A program made the position numbers and the translations under genes. The notes under the pieces are model-generated. The model saw only the letters and a program-made list of their open reading frames with translations. It did not search any database and was not told the DNA's origin. From positions 9,153-73,152 of the forward strand of contig NZ_JAVRMB020000007.1 in NCBI RefSeq assembly GCF_031844845.1: 64,000 bases of DNA, read 5' to 3'. The DNA is from Endozoicomonas sp. (GTDB lineage Bacteria > Pseudomonadota > Gammaproteobacteria > Pseudomonadales > Endozoicomonadaceae). Below, piece after piece: positions 46,046 through 56,052 of the stretch (within the stretch, counting starts at the first letter, position 1; every line of letters starts with the position of its first letter).

Positions 46046-46468
46046 TATTGCGTAATGAATCGTAGCCTGTCGGGTCAACCGGCAGGTTATACCATTTCAC
46101 CTTCTAACTATGGGCTGCGCAGCCATTTTGATGAAGCTCCTCGCCATAGCTAATACCCATTTTGAGTTCTTCTTGAGCACTGGCCAGCCATTTCTATACG
46201 GGTTGGAGGTGGATACGAATTACTGACTCATTAATAGGAATTAAATATGTCTGATGAATCATTTTTATATTCAAAATAAGAATAATAAGTGGTTATTACT
46301 CCCTTTAAGTTTCATCACAAAGACCAAAGTCCAATACCCAGACTCTTCAGTCATGCTTATAGTGTTTGAGATATAGCGTAAAACATTTATTCGCTGCTGC
46401 TCAAGCAGTCTTGGAGTCTAGTCAAGTCCAATAATCATGCAAAAGGAATTCGTTACCGGGGAGGGTTT

Positions 46469-47551
46469 ATGGCATCACCAATAAACATATTTTCAGGTAG
46501 TGGTGCCGGTATGCCTGGTACAGCCCCGTGTCGCGATAAACAGCTTCCGGTCACCAAAACTGTATCCCGACAAGGCTATCCCCTCCGGGTTGCTACCCAT
46601 AAGCTAGCGACGCTGAGAGGCAGGTGCATAAAACCTCTCAAGAAATTACGGATTAAAAGGCGTGCTTATTCAATACGGAAGGTGATGGCCAAACGTACAG
46701 AAAAACTGACCATTAAACTTCAGATGAAGCTGCCACACAAAGCCTGCTCGAAACTGTTTGGAAAAATAGCAGATTGTACAAACAGACCCATTAAAAACTG
46801 GCTCATCCGCAAGTTTGTCTGGATGCATAAAATTAATTTACAGGAAGCGGTGAAGAAAAAAGCAGCGGATTATAAGTGCTTCAATGAGTTCTTCACCCGT
46901 AAGCTGGAAAAAGGTGCGAGGACTATTGCTTCAGAAGGCAAGGTTGCCTCACCGGTGGATGGTACAATCAGTGCGATAGGCGAGATTAAGGATGGCCAGC
47001 TTATCCAGGCTAAAGGACGTTCTTACACGGTACAGGAACTGCTGGGCGGGGATGAGCAGCTGGCCAGGGCCTTTATGGGGGGTAGCTATGCCAATATCTA
47101 TTTATCCCCGGGGGATTATCACCGTTTTCATATGCCAGCGGTTGGAACATTGAAAAAAACCATCCACATACCGGGCAAGCTGTTTTCCGTCAGCCCCAAA
47201 GCCTCGAGAAACATTGATCGTTTGTTTGCCAGAAATGAGCGTCTCGTTTGTATTTTCGAAACAGCGCAGGGGCCAATGGCAATGATAATGGTCGGTGCGA
47301 TTAACGTATCCAGCATTGAAACCGATTGGGCTGGTGGCGTTATCAAGCCTCGTAAAAAAGATGGGCCTTGTGTAACAAACTTCGACACAGAAAATAAAGA
47401 GTATAAAACCGGGGATGACCTTGGTGCATTCCGCATCGGCTCAACAGTGATCTGTCTTTTTGGTCAAGACAAAGTTGGTTGGCTGGAGAGTCTTGGCAGT
47501 GGTCAAAAAGTCAGGATGGGGCAAGAGATTGGTTCACTATTAACGCCTTAG
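46469..47551 (+). CDS. psd: phosphatidylserine decarboxylase proenzyme (start uncertain)
   Basis: Motifs are FNEFFTRKL, LSPGDYHRFHMP and the cleavage-site motif FRIGSTV. Similarity to canonical Psd begins near aa 78. ATG 46469 has GGAGG 4 nt upstream. The alternative ATG 46685 would give a canonical ~288-aa protein. Confidence 0.85.
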   Translation: MASPINIFSGSGAGMPGTAPCRDKQLPVTKTVSRQGYPLRVATHKLATLRGRCIKPLKKLRIKRRAYSIRKVMAKRTEKLTIKLQMKLPHKACSKLFGKIADCTNRPIKNWLIRKFVWMHKINLQEAVKKKAADYKCFNEFFTRKLEKGARTIASEGKVASPVDGTISAIGEIKDGQLIQAKGRSYTVQELLGGDEQLARAFMGGSYANIYLSPGDYHRFHMPAVGTLKKTIHIPGKLFSVSPKASRNIDRLFARNERLVCIFETAQGPMAMIMVGAINVSSIETDWAGGVIKPRKKDGPCVTNFDTENKEYKTGDDLGAFRIGSTVICLFGQDKVGWLESLGSGQKVRMGQEIGSLLTP

Positions 47552-47648
47552 GAATCGTCCTTAAATAACTTTCCCATTTCAACGAACGCTGCCCGAAAAA
47601 GCCAGAGCCGCTTTTGCGGGTAGCGGGCGGCGGGTAGCGGGCAACGGC
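47548..47648. mobile_element. MITE/REP family copy F (one TIR plus core)
   Basis: The sequence is cttaggaatcgtccttaaataactttcccatttcaacgaacgctgcccgaaaaagccagagccgcttttgcgggtagcgggcggcgggtagcgggcaacgg. The psd stop codon TAG lies inside the TIR. The element ends 3 nt before the tamB stop. Confidence 0.8.
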
Positions 47649-47650
47649 CT

Positions 47651-50600
47651 TTATTTTCCGGTTTCAATTTTGAATTGATAGAAGAGATCAATAGCCTGAG
47701 AAATGCCGCTCACTGCCTGAAGATACAGCCGGGGCATTAATTCATAACGCACTTTGACTTCAGCGATGGAGTTAAAAACGCCCGCACCGTATTGAACCCG
47801 AAGGCCAGGGGCAATGGTGCCGCCAATGGTGACTTGAGTATCGTCACCACTTCCCTGGGTATCGAGAGTGACATCAGACAGACCTATCTTTTCACCGATC
47901 GTTGTTACTACGCCTCCGAATTGACTGACGCCAAAGCCAATCAACATGGATTGCACGGCGGAACTGTCGCCAGATTCTTCCAGACCCCGACCCCTTAGCA
48001 AGTAAGACCACTGCTCCTGTTGCGACATGGAAGGGTCGGAATAGATGGAGAATTCAGGCCGGGTTGGAGGCCCGCTTACCTGAATACCTACAGTGACATC
48101 GTCTTCTATACTTTCCGGGTTTCGAATGGCGTTCACCGCAAGATAAGGGCTGGAGAGTGGGCCGGAGAAAATGATGTTTCCCTCTTTAATCAGCAGGTCC
48201 TGACCCAACTGATGATAACGCCCGTTGATAAGCTGAATGGAACCATCAGCAACCAGTGGTTTGGCGGGTTGCTGAACCAGTAGTAAATGACCACCCAGGT
48301 CTGATTTCAGGCCATAGGCGTTAATTTTGATGTCTTTGCCTGATTCGACGCTGACATCCATAGAAAATGGCGGACCCGCCTGAATCAGGGGGGCTTTGGT
48401 TCCCGGGGTGATAATCACAACATCGGCAGAGGGGGTAACCGCCTGTTTTGGCAGTTGTTTGATTCTGACCCTTGCCCAGGGAATGGTGATTTTTCCGGTC
48501 AGGGTTTGAGTGTCTCCAAGGGTCAGCTTCAGGTCGGGGGATGCTTTTAGCTGTAGTATTCCGGGGACTTTGGCTTCAAGGTTTTGCCCTTTTATTTCAA
48601 TAACACCGGTAGGCGGCATCTGTTGCCAGTCAAGGAGGCCTGACAGCGTCATTTCACCATTACCCACTTTCATGCCACCACTGACCTTGCCCTTAGTACC
48701 ATCCACAGTAAGCACGGTGACCAGATTACTGACTTTCACCATTTCCTGCCGGGCGACCATCTGCCCCTGGCTGAGCTCCAGTCTGCCGAACAGTAAGGGC
48801 TCTTTCAGTGTTCCACCCAGGCGGGTGTCAGCCGTCAAAACGCCATCAATATTATTAATGTCCGGGATCAGGGGTTGCAGGAAGTACAGGCGCATATCCT
48901 GCAGATTGGCTTGCCCACTGAGCTTCTGATCACCTTGTATGTTGTCGATGGCCAGATTGATATGGGCGGCTCCCAGTTGTTTTGATTGAAAATCAAATCG
49001 GGCCGTCAGGTCATCTTCATTCAATGTGATGGCTGTGGAGAGCTGCTGGTATTTCACAGAAACCGGGTTGTCTGAGTTGCTGACAACCTCTCCGGGAGTG
49101 GTTTGAATCTGCAGGTGAGCGATGGGCTGGCCACCATCCCATTGAATATCACCATTGCCAGAAAGTATGGCTTTCCAGGAAAGGTTGCCGGGTAAAAACG
49201 GGTTCAGGCTGGAAAGGTTGAAGTCTGACAGCTGAAAGCGTGTGGTGCCGTGACTGGCTGAAAATTGTGAGGCATCGACACAGAACCTGGCCGGTTTGGC
49301 AAGCCAGCATTGATCGGTCAGTTCTACGTCTCCCGTCGTGTTCAGTAGAATAGCCACGGGTTTTTCCAGGGACCAGTCATCCACGGGCGTGACGATTCGG
49401 GCACTGGCTAACTGCCCCTGCCACTGGCCACTTTTTTTCCCATGAGGCTTCTCTGAAACGCCTTGCCAAACGCCTTTAATCAGTAGCTCACCGGATACCG
49501 GTTCACCCTGAGACTTGAACGCTATTTGATGATTCTGTTCATTGCCACTGGCGGTCAGTACCAGCTGCTGCAGTTGAATGCTACCGTTGTTTAATGCACC
49601 CACTTCGACACGGGCTTTACCTGCTAACCGTGTTGTTTTGGTCAATTCACCATTAATCTGCAACCGGGTGACGCTGGTCTGTTGAAAGTTAATGGACGGA
49701 CTGTCAAAACCAAAAGATAACGTTGGCTGTTTATCACTCCCCGTCAGTTGGAAGTTGCCTTGCAATGAGCCTTTCAAATCGGGAGTCAGTTCATCCAGTG
49801 CTTTTGCATCAAGACTGGCTTTCAGGGACAACTGCTCAGCGATTTGTCCGCTAATGCTCAAGCGGTTCTCTCCAAATGCGGCATAGAGGTTGTCAACGTT
49901 AACCTTGAAAGGTAACGCAGCCATGGGTCGAACTTGATTATCAGCCTCCAGCTTGCCAGTGGCGGCAACGGTTTTATTCAGTAATGAGCCGGTGACGTTG
50001 AGTTCCGGAACACTCAGCTGCCATGAGTCATTAATCATGGCAAAGTCAGTATTTATCTTGCCGTTCAGAGTGCCGGGAATATTGGGCAGCCACACCTCAG
50101 GCTTCAGCTGGGTGAGATGAATTTGCCCTTGCCAGTGAATCCCCTCTTTCCAGCTCACCTTTCCGGTCAGTTTCAGTGGCTTTTCTGAAAGGGTCGTTGC
50201 ACCGACAGGGCTGACCGATAGCTCTTTTATAGTCAGCTGTTCCAGGCTGCCAGAGGATTGCAAGCTGAGCCGGGTGACGGGTTGTTCCGCCACTTTTACC
50301 GAGGTAGCCAGTGAGAGCTGGTACTGATTAAGGTTGCCAGTCATCTTGATTAAGCCGTCGGAGGCTGAAAATCCGGGTGTTTCTTGTTGTAAAGGCCACT
50401 GTATCTTTGGCCACTTCAACGCGAAGTTTACCGGGAAGTTCGGGGCCAAAGGAGCCATATTTCCCTCAAGTGAGGTGTTGATTGCGCCTTGAGTGGAGAG
50501 TTGCAACTGTAGCTGGCTTAAATCTCCGGATGCCTTCAGGGATACTTCTTCCCCTTTAATGGCTGCCAGCTCAGGAATATTGAAATCATCGAGAATGGTG

Positions 50601-51544
50601 GCTTCCAGATTAAGGCTCAATGGATAATGTTCAGATAGCTGAATATGGCCGTCTAACAGGATATTTGCCCTGGTTTGATCCGCCTTAAGCTTCAGGTCTG
50701 TGATATGCGTCGCTTGCCAGTTGAAACTGAGCTCCAGCCTGTTGAGTACTTCGTTGATTTCACCCTGCTGATAACGGGCATTCGTCAGCGTGAATTGTTC
50801 CAGGCGGATGGGAATCGGGAGCTTTATTTCCGGCAGTGTGACTGTTGAGAGGTCAATTCCTGTTGTTGGCTGCTTTTCGGGTGTTGAAGCCTTTATATTG
50901 GCGGTTGAGCCTTCCTGAGACGTTAACAGAATCTGAAGATTGTCTGCCAGCATCTCAGGAATAGATAGCTGGTTATCCTGCAAACGGGCGCTGGCTTCAA
51001 AGGTTTCCAGGGATATCCGGGTTCCGGCAATGGAGAAGTTAAAATTCTGGATATTGATCTGATTGATCAGAATATCCAGGGGGATATTGATGGTGGAAGC
51101 GGTTGTGGTAGATGCTGGTGGTTTTGTTTCTTCCGTTGCTGGCAGAATCTCCAGATTCCCCCCTTTGACGTCGACCAGTTGGATGGGCAGCTCTTTTGAT
51201 GTAAAGAACTTTCCAGGCTGCCACTTGAGCGTTACCTCGTCCGCCTGAAATGAAACCAGGTTGTCTTGCCATTGAAGATTCCTGATACTCCAGCCGGTCA
51301 TCAACTGCCCTTCAGTCAGCTCACCACCGAGTGCCGGAAGGGCATTGTTCAGCTGCCGCCAGATAAAGGTATTACCAGTGTGGGTAAATAGCAGTAATGA
51401 TGCCAGTAAGAGCACTATGACCAAAGAGCCAACCGTAACCAATACGATTTTTCTTGCCAGAGACGCTTTTTTCACCGGATGTTGATCGGGTGCTTTGGGG
51501 GCAGTTGCCGCTCTTTCTGATTCACTGTTGTGAGAGCCACTCAT
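47651..51544 (-). CDS. tamB: translocation and assembly module subunit TamB
   Basis: 1297 aa. It has an N-terminal signal-anchor, a long beta-rich repetitive body and a C-terminal DUF490-like end. There is a 4-nt overlap with upstream tamA. Confidence 0.88.
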   Translation of the reverse strand: MSGSHNSESERAATAPKAPDQHPVKKASLARKIVLVTVGSLVIVLLLASLLLFTHTGNTFIWRQLNNALPALGGELTEGQLMTGWSIRNLQWQDNLVSFQADEVTLKWQPGKFFTSKELPIQLVDVKGGNLEILPATEETKPPASTTTASTINIPLDILINQINIQNFNFSIAGTRISLETFEASARLQDNQLSIPEMLADNLQILLTSQEGSTANIKASTPEKQPTTGIDLSTVTLPEIKLPIPIRLEQFTLTNARYQQGEINEVLNRLELSFNWQATHITDLKLKADQTRANILLDGHIQLSEHYPLSLNLEATILDDFNIPELAAIKGEEVSLKASGDLSQLQLQLSTQGAINTSLEGNMAPLAPNFPVNFALKWPKIQWPLQQETPGFSASDGLIKMTGNLNQYQLSLATSVKVAEQPVTRLSLQSSGSLEQLTIKELSVSPVGATTLSEKPLKLTGKVSWKEGIHWQGQIHLTQLKPEVWLPNIPGTLNGKINTDFAMINDSWQLSVPELNVTGSLLNKTVAATGKLEADNQVRPMAALPFKVNVDNLYAAFGENRLSISGQIAEQLSLKASLDAKALDELTPDLKGSLQGNFQLTGSDKQPTLSFGFDSPSINFQQTSVTRLQINGELTKTTRLAGKARVEVGALNNGSIQLQQLVLTASGNEQNHQIAFKSQGEPVSGELLIKGVWQGVSEKPHGKKSGQWQGQLASARIVTPVDDWSLEKPVAILLNTTGDVELTDQCWLAKPARFCVDASQFSASHGTTRFQLSDFNLSSLNPFLPGNLSWKAILSGNGDIQWDGGQPIAHLQIQTTPGEVVSNSDNPVSVKYQQLSTAITLNEDDLTARFDFQSKQLGAAHINLAIDNIQGDQKLSGQANLQDMRLYFLQPLIPDINNIDGVLTADTRLGGTLKEPLLFGRLELSQGQMVARQEMVKVSNLVTVLTVDGTKGKVSGGMKVGNGEMTLSGLLDWQQMPPTGVIEIKGQNLEAKVPGILQLKASPDLKLTLGDTQTLTGKITIPWARVRIKQLPKQAVTPSADVVIITPGTKAPLIQAGPPFSMDVSVESGKDIKINAYGLKSDLGGHLLLVQQPAKPLVADGSIQLINGRYHQLGQDLLIKEGNIIFSGPLSSPYLAVNAIRNPESIEDDVTVGIQVSGPPTRPEFSIYSDPSMSQQEQWSYLLRGRGLEESGDSSAVQSMLIGFGVSQFGGVVTTIGEKIGLSDVTLDTQGSGDDTQVTIGGTIAPGLRVQYGAGVFNSIAEVKVRYELMPRLYLQAVSGISQAIDLFYQFKIETGK

Positions 51545-53325
51545 AGATCAGGCCCCATGGAAAAATGGATTCGCCAGGGGGAGCCGGGGTCACTGACCGC
51601 AAAGGCAAAGTCCAGCCTCAAAGGCCCCAGGGGGGTAATCCAGCGTATTCCGGGGCCGACACCGGTTTTCCATTCAACCTGATCTTTTTTGTAGGCGTTG
51701 GTTGCAGTACCGCTGTCGACAAAGAAGGCAATCCGCCAGTTATCAAAAATATCATAGTTATATTCAACACTGGCCACGGAGAGGTACAGGCCACCCGTCA
51801 GCTGGTCGCTGCTGTCTCTTGGAGAAATACTCTCATAGCTGTAGCCGCGAATGGTCTGGTCGCCACCGGTAAAGAAACGAATGGAGGGAGGAATGTTTTT
51901 GATCTCATCTACCCAGATTGCCCCTTGCTCCACCCGGCTGATGAATCGGTGATGTTGATAGAAGGTCGTCAACCACTTGGCTCGTCCCCAGATTTTTATA
52001 AAGTCCGCATCGGACTGCCAGGCTCGGGCAGAGGTTTCTATTTTTACGTTATAGAGGCTGCCGGATCGGGGATCCATCGGATTACCAACGGCTTTCCGAC
52101 GATCAAAAGACATGCCGGGGATTAACAGCAGGCTGCTGCTGTTCTGCAAACCCTGAGTGTAGTCTTCATACTCTACCCGTATAAAGAAGTCCTGATCCCA
52201 GTTGCCCGGACGCTTCTTCCATTTATTGATGGAGGCAGAAACCAGTTGGCTGTCGGTATTCTGAACCATTGTTCTCTGGTAACCGCCGTCCAGGCTGTAA
52301 TATTCCAGCAGCGGATTACCATAAGGAATTTTATAGCGCCCACTCAGTTCGTTGACTTCACCGGACACTTTGAGATCGCTGGTAAAGCTATGACCTTTTT
52401 CGTCCATCCAGGGCTTATCAATGCTCAGGGAAACTCTCGGGCCTTCATCCGTTGAAAAGCCAATACCGGTCTCCAGCTCCCAGGCCGTTTTCGGGATGAC
52501 ACTGACAAAAATGGGGATTTCACCGTCCACTGCCTGATCTTTCAGGGGGCGAACTTCAATGGATTTAAAGTATCCGGTCGCTGAAAAGTCCATGTTCAGC
52601 TGGCTGAGCTTTTCAGAGCGATACTTCTGACCCTGTTCACCATTGATAACGGGATGGATAATAGTATTGAGCAGTTCCCGGGTGGTTTCGGTAACCGAGT
52701 CGTCATAAATTACCGGGCCGAACGTGTATCGCCTGCCGGATTTTATGGTCAGGACAATGTCAGCCCCATGCCTGGCCGGATAGACGTTGATCTGATGCTC
52801 AACCAGTTCAGCATCAAAATAGCCGCGGGTAATCGCCAGATTATTGAGTTCTGTTTTCAGTGACTCATATTTACCGTCATTGAGGACATCGCCCACTCTT
52901 AACGGATTCTGCTTTATCAGCCGCTTGAATGCCCGGTCTTTTTCAGCATCCCCTGCCAGGTCTATCTGCACGGATTTGATGATGACGGGCTGACCGGGGT
53001 TAATATTGATGCTTAGCTGGTTTGGCGGTTTCTTACTGCGGTTAAATTCGATGGTGGGCTGGTAGTAACCCAGAGCCATTAACGAATTTTGCAGAGCCTC
53101 CCGGATTTCATGCCGGTATTCGTTAAACTGTTTTGGCTTAATGGTGGGCAGGTTATCCAGATACAGTGTGGCATTTTGTTTGAGTGCTTTGTCTAACCCA
53201 TTGATCTTATAGGTTAGAGGCTTTGCCGCCAGGGCCGTTGCAGAAAAAAACAGGATAATAAGAAGCCACAGGCCAATTCGGCGTTTCGGTGTACAGGTAA
53301 ATAAGGGGTTATTGAGGTCGGCCAT
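51541..53325 (-). CDS. tamA: outer-membrane Omp85-family protein TamA
   Basis: 594 aa. It has a signal peptide, POTRA-like repeats and a C-terminal beta-barrel ending ...RIHFSMGPDL. Confidence 0.88.
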   Translation of the reverse strand: MADLNNPLFTCTPKRRIGLWLLIILFFSATALAAKPLTYKINGLDKALKQNATLYLDNLPTIKPKQFNEYRHEIREALQNSLMALGYYQPTIEFNRSKKPPNQLSININPGQPVIIKSVQIDLAGDAEKDRAFKRLIKQNPLRVGDVLNDGKYESLKTELNNLAITRGYFDAELVEHQINVYPARHGADIVLTIKSGRRYTFGPVIYDDSVTETTRELLNTIIHPVINGEQGQKYRSEKLSQLNMDFSATGYFKSIEVRPLKDQAVDGEIPIFVSVIPKTAWELETGIGFSTDEGPRVSLSIDKPWMDEKGHSFTSDLKVSGEVNELSGRYKIPYGNPLLEYYSLDGGYQRTMVQNTDSQLVSASINKWKKRPGNWDQDFFIRVEYEDYTQGLQNSSSLLLIPGMSFDRRKAVGNPMDPRSGSLYNVKIETSARAWQSDADFIKIWGRAKWLTTFYQHHRFISRVEQGAIWVDEIKNIPPSIRFFTGGDQTIRGYSYESISPRDSSDQLTGGLYLSVASVEYNYDIFDNWRIAFFVDSGTATNAYKKDQVEWKTGVGPGIRWITPLGPLRLDFAFAVSDPGSPWRIHFSMGPDL

Positions 53326-53654
53326 AATTCAATGATAGTGGGTTGATGCTACTCCTTAAATGGTAAATCACCACTTTGGTACCGGATATTACCGATGGGT
53401 CAGGCAATCAGCCCCCTTGCAACCAACGACACAAATCTCTAGAATTCCCGCTCTTTGTATGCTCTGGCCAATCTGTCCGGCGTATACTTCACTCCCTGCG
53501 ATGTCTCTGGTAAAGAGAATTGAGTCGCTGTGAGTGTAGTAAACAGTGAACGCCTGCGTTCACACCCTCCTTGCCTTACTGCTTTATAGAATCTTTTCGA
53601 CGGGTGTCGGAGGTAAAAAATGCAGAAGGCTATTCAACCCGTAAGGAGCAAATA

Positions 53655-54128
53655 ATGCGTCATTACGAAATCGTTTTTCTGGTCCATCCTGACCAGAGCG
53701 AGCAAGTACCTGCCATGGTTGAGCGCTACACTCGCGCTATTACCGAAAATGGTGGCAAGGTACACCGTCTTGAAGATTGGGGCCGTCGCCAGCTGGCTTA
53801 CCCAATCAACAAGATCCACAAGGCTCACTACGTTCTGATGAACATTGAGTGTGGTAACGAAACCCTGGATGAGCTGACGGAAAACTTCCGCTACAACGAC
53901 GCGGTTATCCGTAACATGGTTATTCGTCGTGATGAAGCTGTTACTGAAGGCTCCATCATGCTGCAGTCTGAAGAGAAGCGTGACCGTCGTGATGACCGTC
54001 GTGACGATCGTCGTGATGACCGCCGTGATGACCGCAGTGAAGGCCGCAGTGAAGGCCGCAGTGAAGAGCGTACCTCTGACGAAGCTGTAGAAGCCGTTGA
54101 AGACGAAGTAGAAGAGTCTGAAGAGTAA
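53655..54128 (+). CDS. rpsF: 30S ribosomal protein S6 with extended Arg/Asp repeat tail
   Basis: The ORF track starts at 53571. I use ATG 53655 ([18 protein letters not shown]), which has an AAGGAG SD. The product is 157 aa. Confidence 0.96.
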   Translation: MRHYEIVFLVHPDQSEQVPAMVERYTRAITENGGKVHRLEDWGRRQLAYPINKIHKAHYVLMNIECGNETLDELTENFRYNDAVIRNMVIRRDEAVTEGSIMLQSEEKRDRRDDRRDDRRDDRRDDRSEGRSEGRSEERTSDEAVEAVEDEVEESEE

Positions 54129-54206
54129 GACCTGACTGTTTATAGTCAGGCTCATGCTTAATCCGGCTTTTTACCATACAAGCATAAAATTCAAGGAGAC
54201 GTTGTC

Positions 54207-54431
54207 ATGGCACGTTTTTTCCGTCGCAGAAAGTTCTGCCGTTTTACCGCTGAAGGCGTGAAAGAGATCGATTACAAAGATCTGAACACTCTGAAAGCTT
54301 ATGTATCTGAAACTGGCAAGATCGTTCCTAGCCGTATCACCGGTACCAAGGCTCGTTACCAGCGTCAGCTGGCAACAGCGATCAAGCGCGCTCGTTACGT
54401 GGCCCTGCTGCCATTCACCGATCGCCACTGA
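54207..54431 (+). CDS. rpsR: 30S ribosomal protein S18
   Basis: 74 aa: [32 protein letters not shown]. Confidence 0.97.
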   Translation: MARFFRRRKFCRFTAEGVKEIDYKDLNTLKAYVSETGKIVPSRITGTKARYQRQLATAIKRARYVALLPFTDRH

Positions 54432-54452
54432 TTTATTCATAGGGTATAGCTG

Positions 54453-55325
54453 ATGCGTGGACTGGCGGAACTGGCAATGCGTGGCCCGAAACAGGCAATG
54501 GTCCTGGCCATGGTGTTCGCCTGTATTCCCATGTTGTTCTGGGTGAGTGCAGCCATTATTTCTTTGGTAGTACTGCGTCGTGGTACTGCTGAGGGGCTGA
54601 AACTTCTCGCCTGGGCGGTGTTGCCGGGCATAGCCTGGGCAGCCATGGGACAGTTCTCCACGATCATTGGTTTGACAACTACCGTCATGTTGGCACTGGT
54701 ATTACGCCAAACGGTTTCCTGGCAAAAAACGCTACTGGCGCTGTTGCCAGCCGGAGCATTGGTTGCTCTGGTGATGGCTCAGCTGGCTCCACAACAGATC
54801 TCCCTGATTAGCGATCTGGTCATGGCATTTATCCATGACTATGTTCAGCAGACAGGGCAGTCTACGGACGACTTGGTAGCAGGCCTCAGACCGCTGGTGG
54901 AATACGGTGTTATTGGTGTAGTCACCTGGTTTGACCTGGTGAGCTGCATACTTGGGTTAGTGCTGGCCAGATCCTGGCAGTCACAGTTATATAACCCGGG
55001 TGGATTCCGTGAAGAGTTTCAACGGATTCGCCTGCCATTGACGGTGGCCATGGGGCTTCTGGCGTTCACCCTGGTGGGTGCCGCTTTCGTTCCTTTCCTG
55101 CTGGTGCTGGTTCCTGCAGCCACGCTGCCATTGCTGGTGGCGGGTCTTAGCATGATCCACGGGCTGGTAGGAATGAGACAACTGGGAAGCTTCTGGCTGG
55201 TAGGGTTTTACATCCTGCTGATCTTTGTCACGCAATTAGCGTACCCGGTCATTGTTTTAACCGCATGCCTGGACAGTCTGTTTGATTTTCGCGCCCGCGC
55301 GGCAAACCGACTGCATAAGGGATGA
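54453..55325 (+). CDS. conserved polytopic membrane protein between rpsR and rplI
   Basis: 290 aa, about 8 TM helices. As I recall, a membrane-protein gene occupies the same position in Pseudomonas-type operons. Confidence 0.7.
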   Translation: MRGLAELAMRGPKQAMVLAMVFACIPMLFWVSAAIISLVVLRRGTAEGLKLLAWAVLPGIAWAAMGQFSTIIGLTTTVMLALVLRQTVSWQKTLLALLPAGALVALVMAQLAPQQISLISDLVMAFIHDYVQQTGQSTDDLVAGLRPLVEYGVIGVVTWFDLVSCILGLVLARSWQSQLYNPGGFREEFQRIRLPLTVAMGLLAFTLVGAAFVPFLLVLVPAATLPLLVAGLSMIHGLVGMRQLGSFWLVGFYILLIFVTQLAYPVIVLTACLDSLFDFRARAANRLHKG

Positions 55326-55355
55326 CGGGTACCAGATAATATAGAGGCTAGCGAA

Positions 55356-55802
55356 ATGGAAGTGATCCTGCTCGAAAAAATTGCCAAGCTTGGCAAGCTG
55401 GGCGATAAGGTCACCGTTAAAAACGGTTATGGCCGTAACTTTCTGATTCCTTTTGGTAAGGCTCTGCCTGCCACTGCTGTGAATCTGACCACTTTTGAAG
55501 TTCGTCGTTCCGAGCTGGAAAAGGCCGCGACTGACCAGCATAGTGAAGCTGAGAAGCGTGCTGCTGAAATGGCTGAAATCGAACTGACGCTGGTTGCCAA
55601 AGCTGGCGACGAAGGCAAGCTGTTCGGTTCTATCGGTGCCCGTGACCTGGCTGAAGCCATCACGTCTGCCGGTGTTACTGTTGCCAAGAGCGAAATCCGT
55701 CTGCCAGACGGCCCGATCCGTGCTGTTGGTGAGTACGATGTTGGTGTTCAGCTGCACACTGATGTTGCTGCAACGATTAAGGTATTTATCGAAGCTGAGT
55801 AA
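55356..55802 (+). CDS. rplI: 50S ribosomal protein L9
   Basis: 148 aa: [32 protein letters not shown]. Confidence 0.97.
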   Translation: MEVILLEKIAKLGKLGDKVTVKNGYGRNFLIPFGKALPATAVNLTTFEVRRSELEKAATDQHSEAEKRAAEMAEIELTLVAKAGDEGKLFGSIGARDLAEAITSAGVTVAKSEIRLPDGPIRAVGEYDVGVQLHTDVAATIKVFIEAE

Positions 55803-55825
55803 TTGGCTCGATTGACCGATTGTAA

Positions 55826-55861
55826 AAACCCGGGACTCTGGTGAGTTTCCGGGTTTTTTTA
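55826..55861 (+). terminator. rho-independent terminator after rplI
   Basis: AAACCCGG (55826-33) pairs with CCGGGTTT (55849-56), followed by a T run to 55861. Confidence 0.85.
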
Positions 55862-56052
55862 TATAAATAATTTGTAAGGCACGCGGTGATTTGTGAACGT
55901 GTGTGGATTTTTGTGGTCATAAAAAACTCGAATCATAAAATTGAGGGAATAGAAAATGCCAAATTTCGTTGGTACTTTTGCTATTGCTCAGCAAAGTCAG
56001 GAAAGTCAGGGGGTTAATGGGTTAACAGGGTGGGCGACAGGAGTTTCAGAAG

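Noticed and set aside
53634-54177. 173-aa and 73-aa ORFs antisense to rpsF
   Set aside because: They are artefacts of the in-frame RDD/SEGR tandem repeats, which are stop-free in several frames.
54129-54206. Missing priB between rpsF and rpsR
   Set aside because: Absence of priB, with a membrane-protein gene before rplI, is the normal layout in Pseudomonas-like gammaproteobacteria. It is not a deletion.
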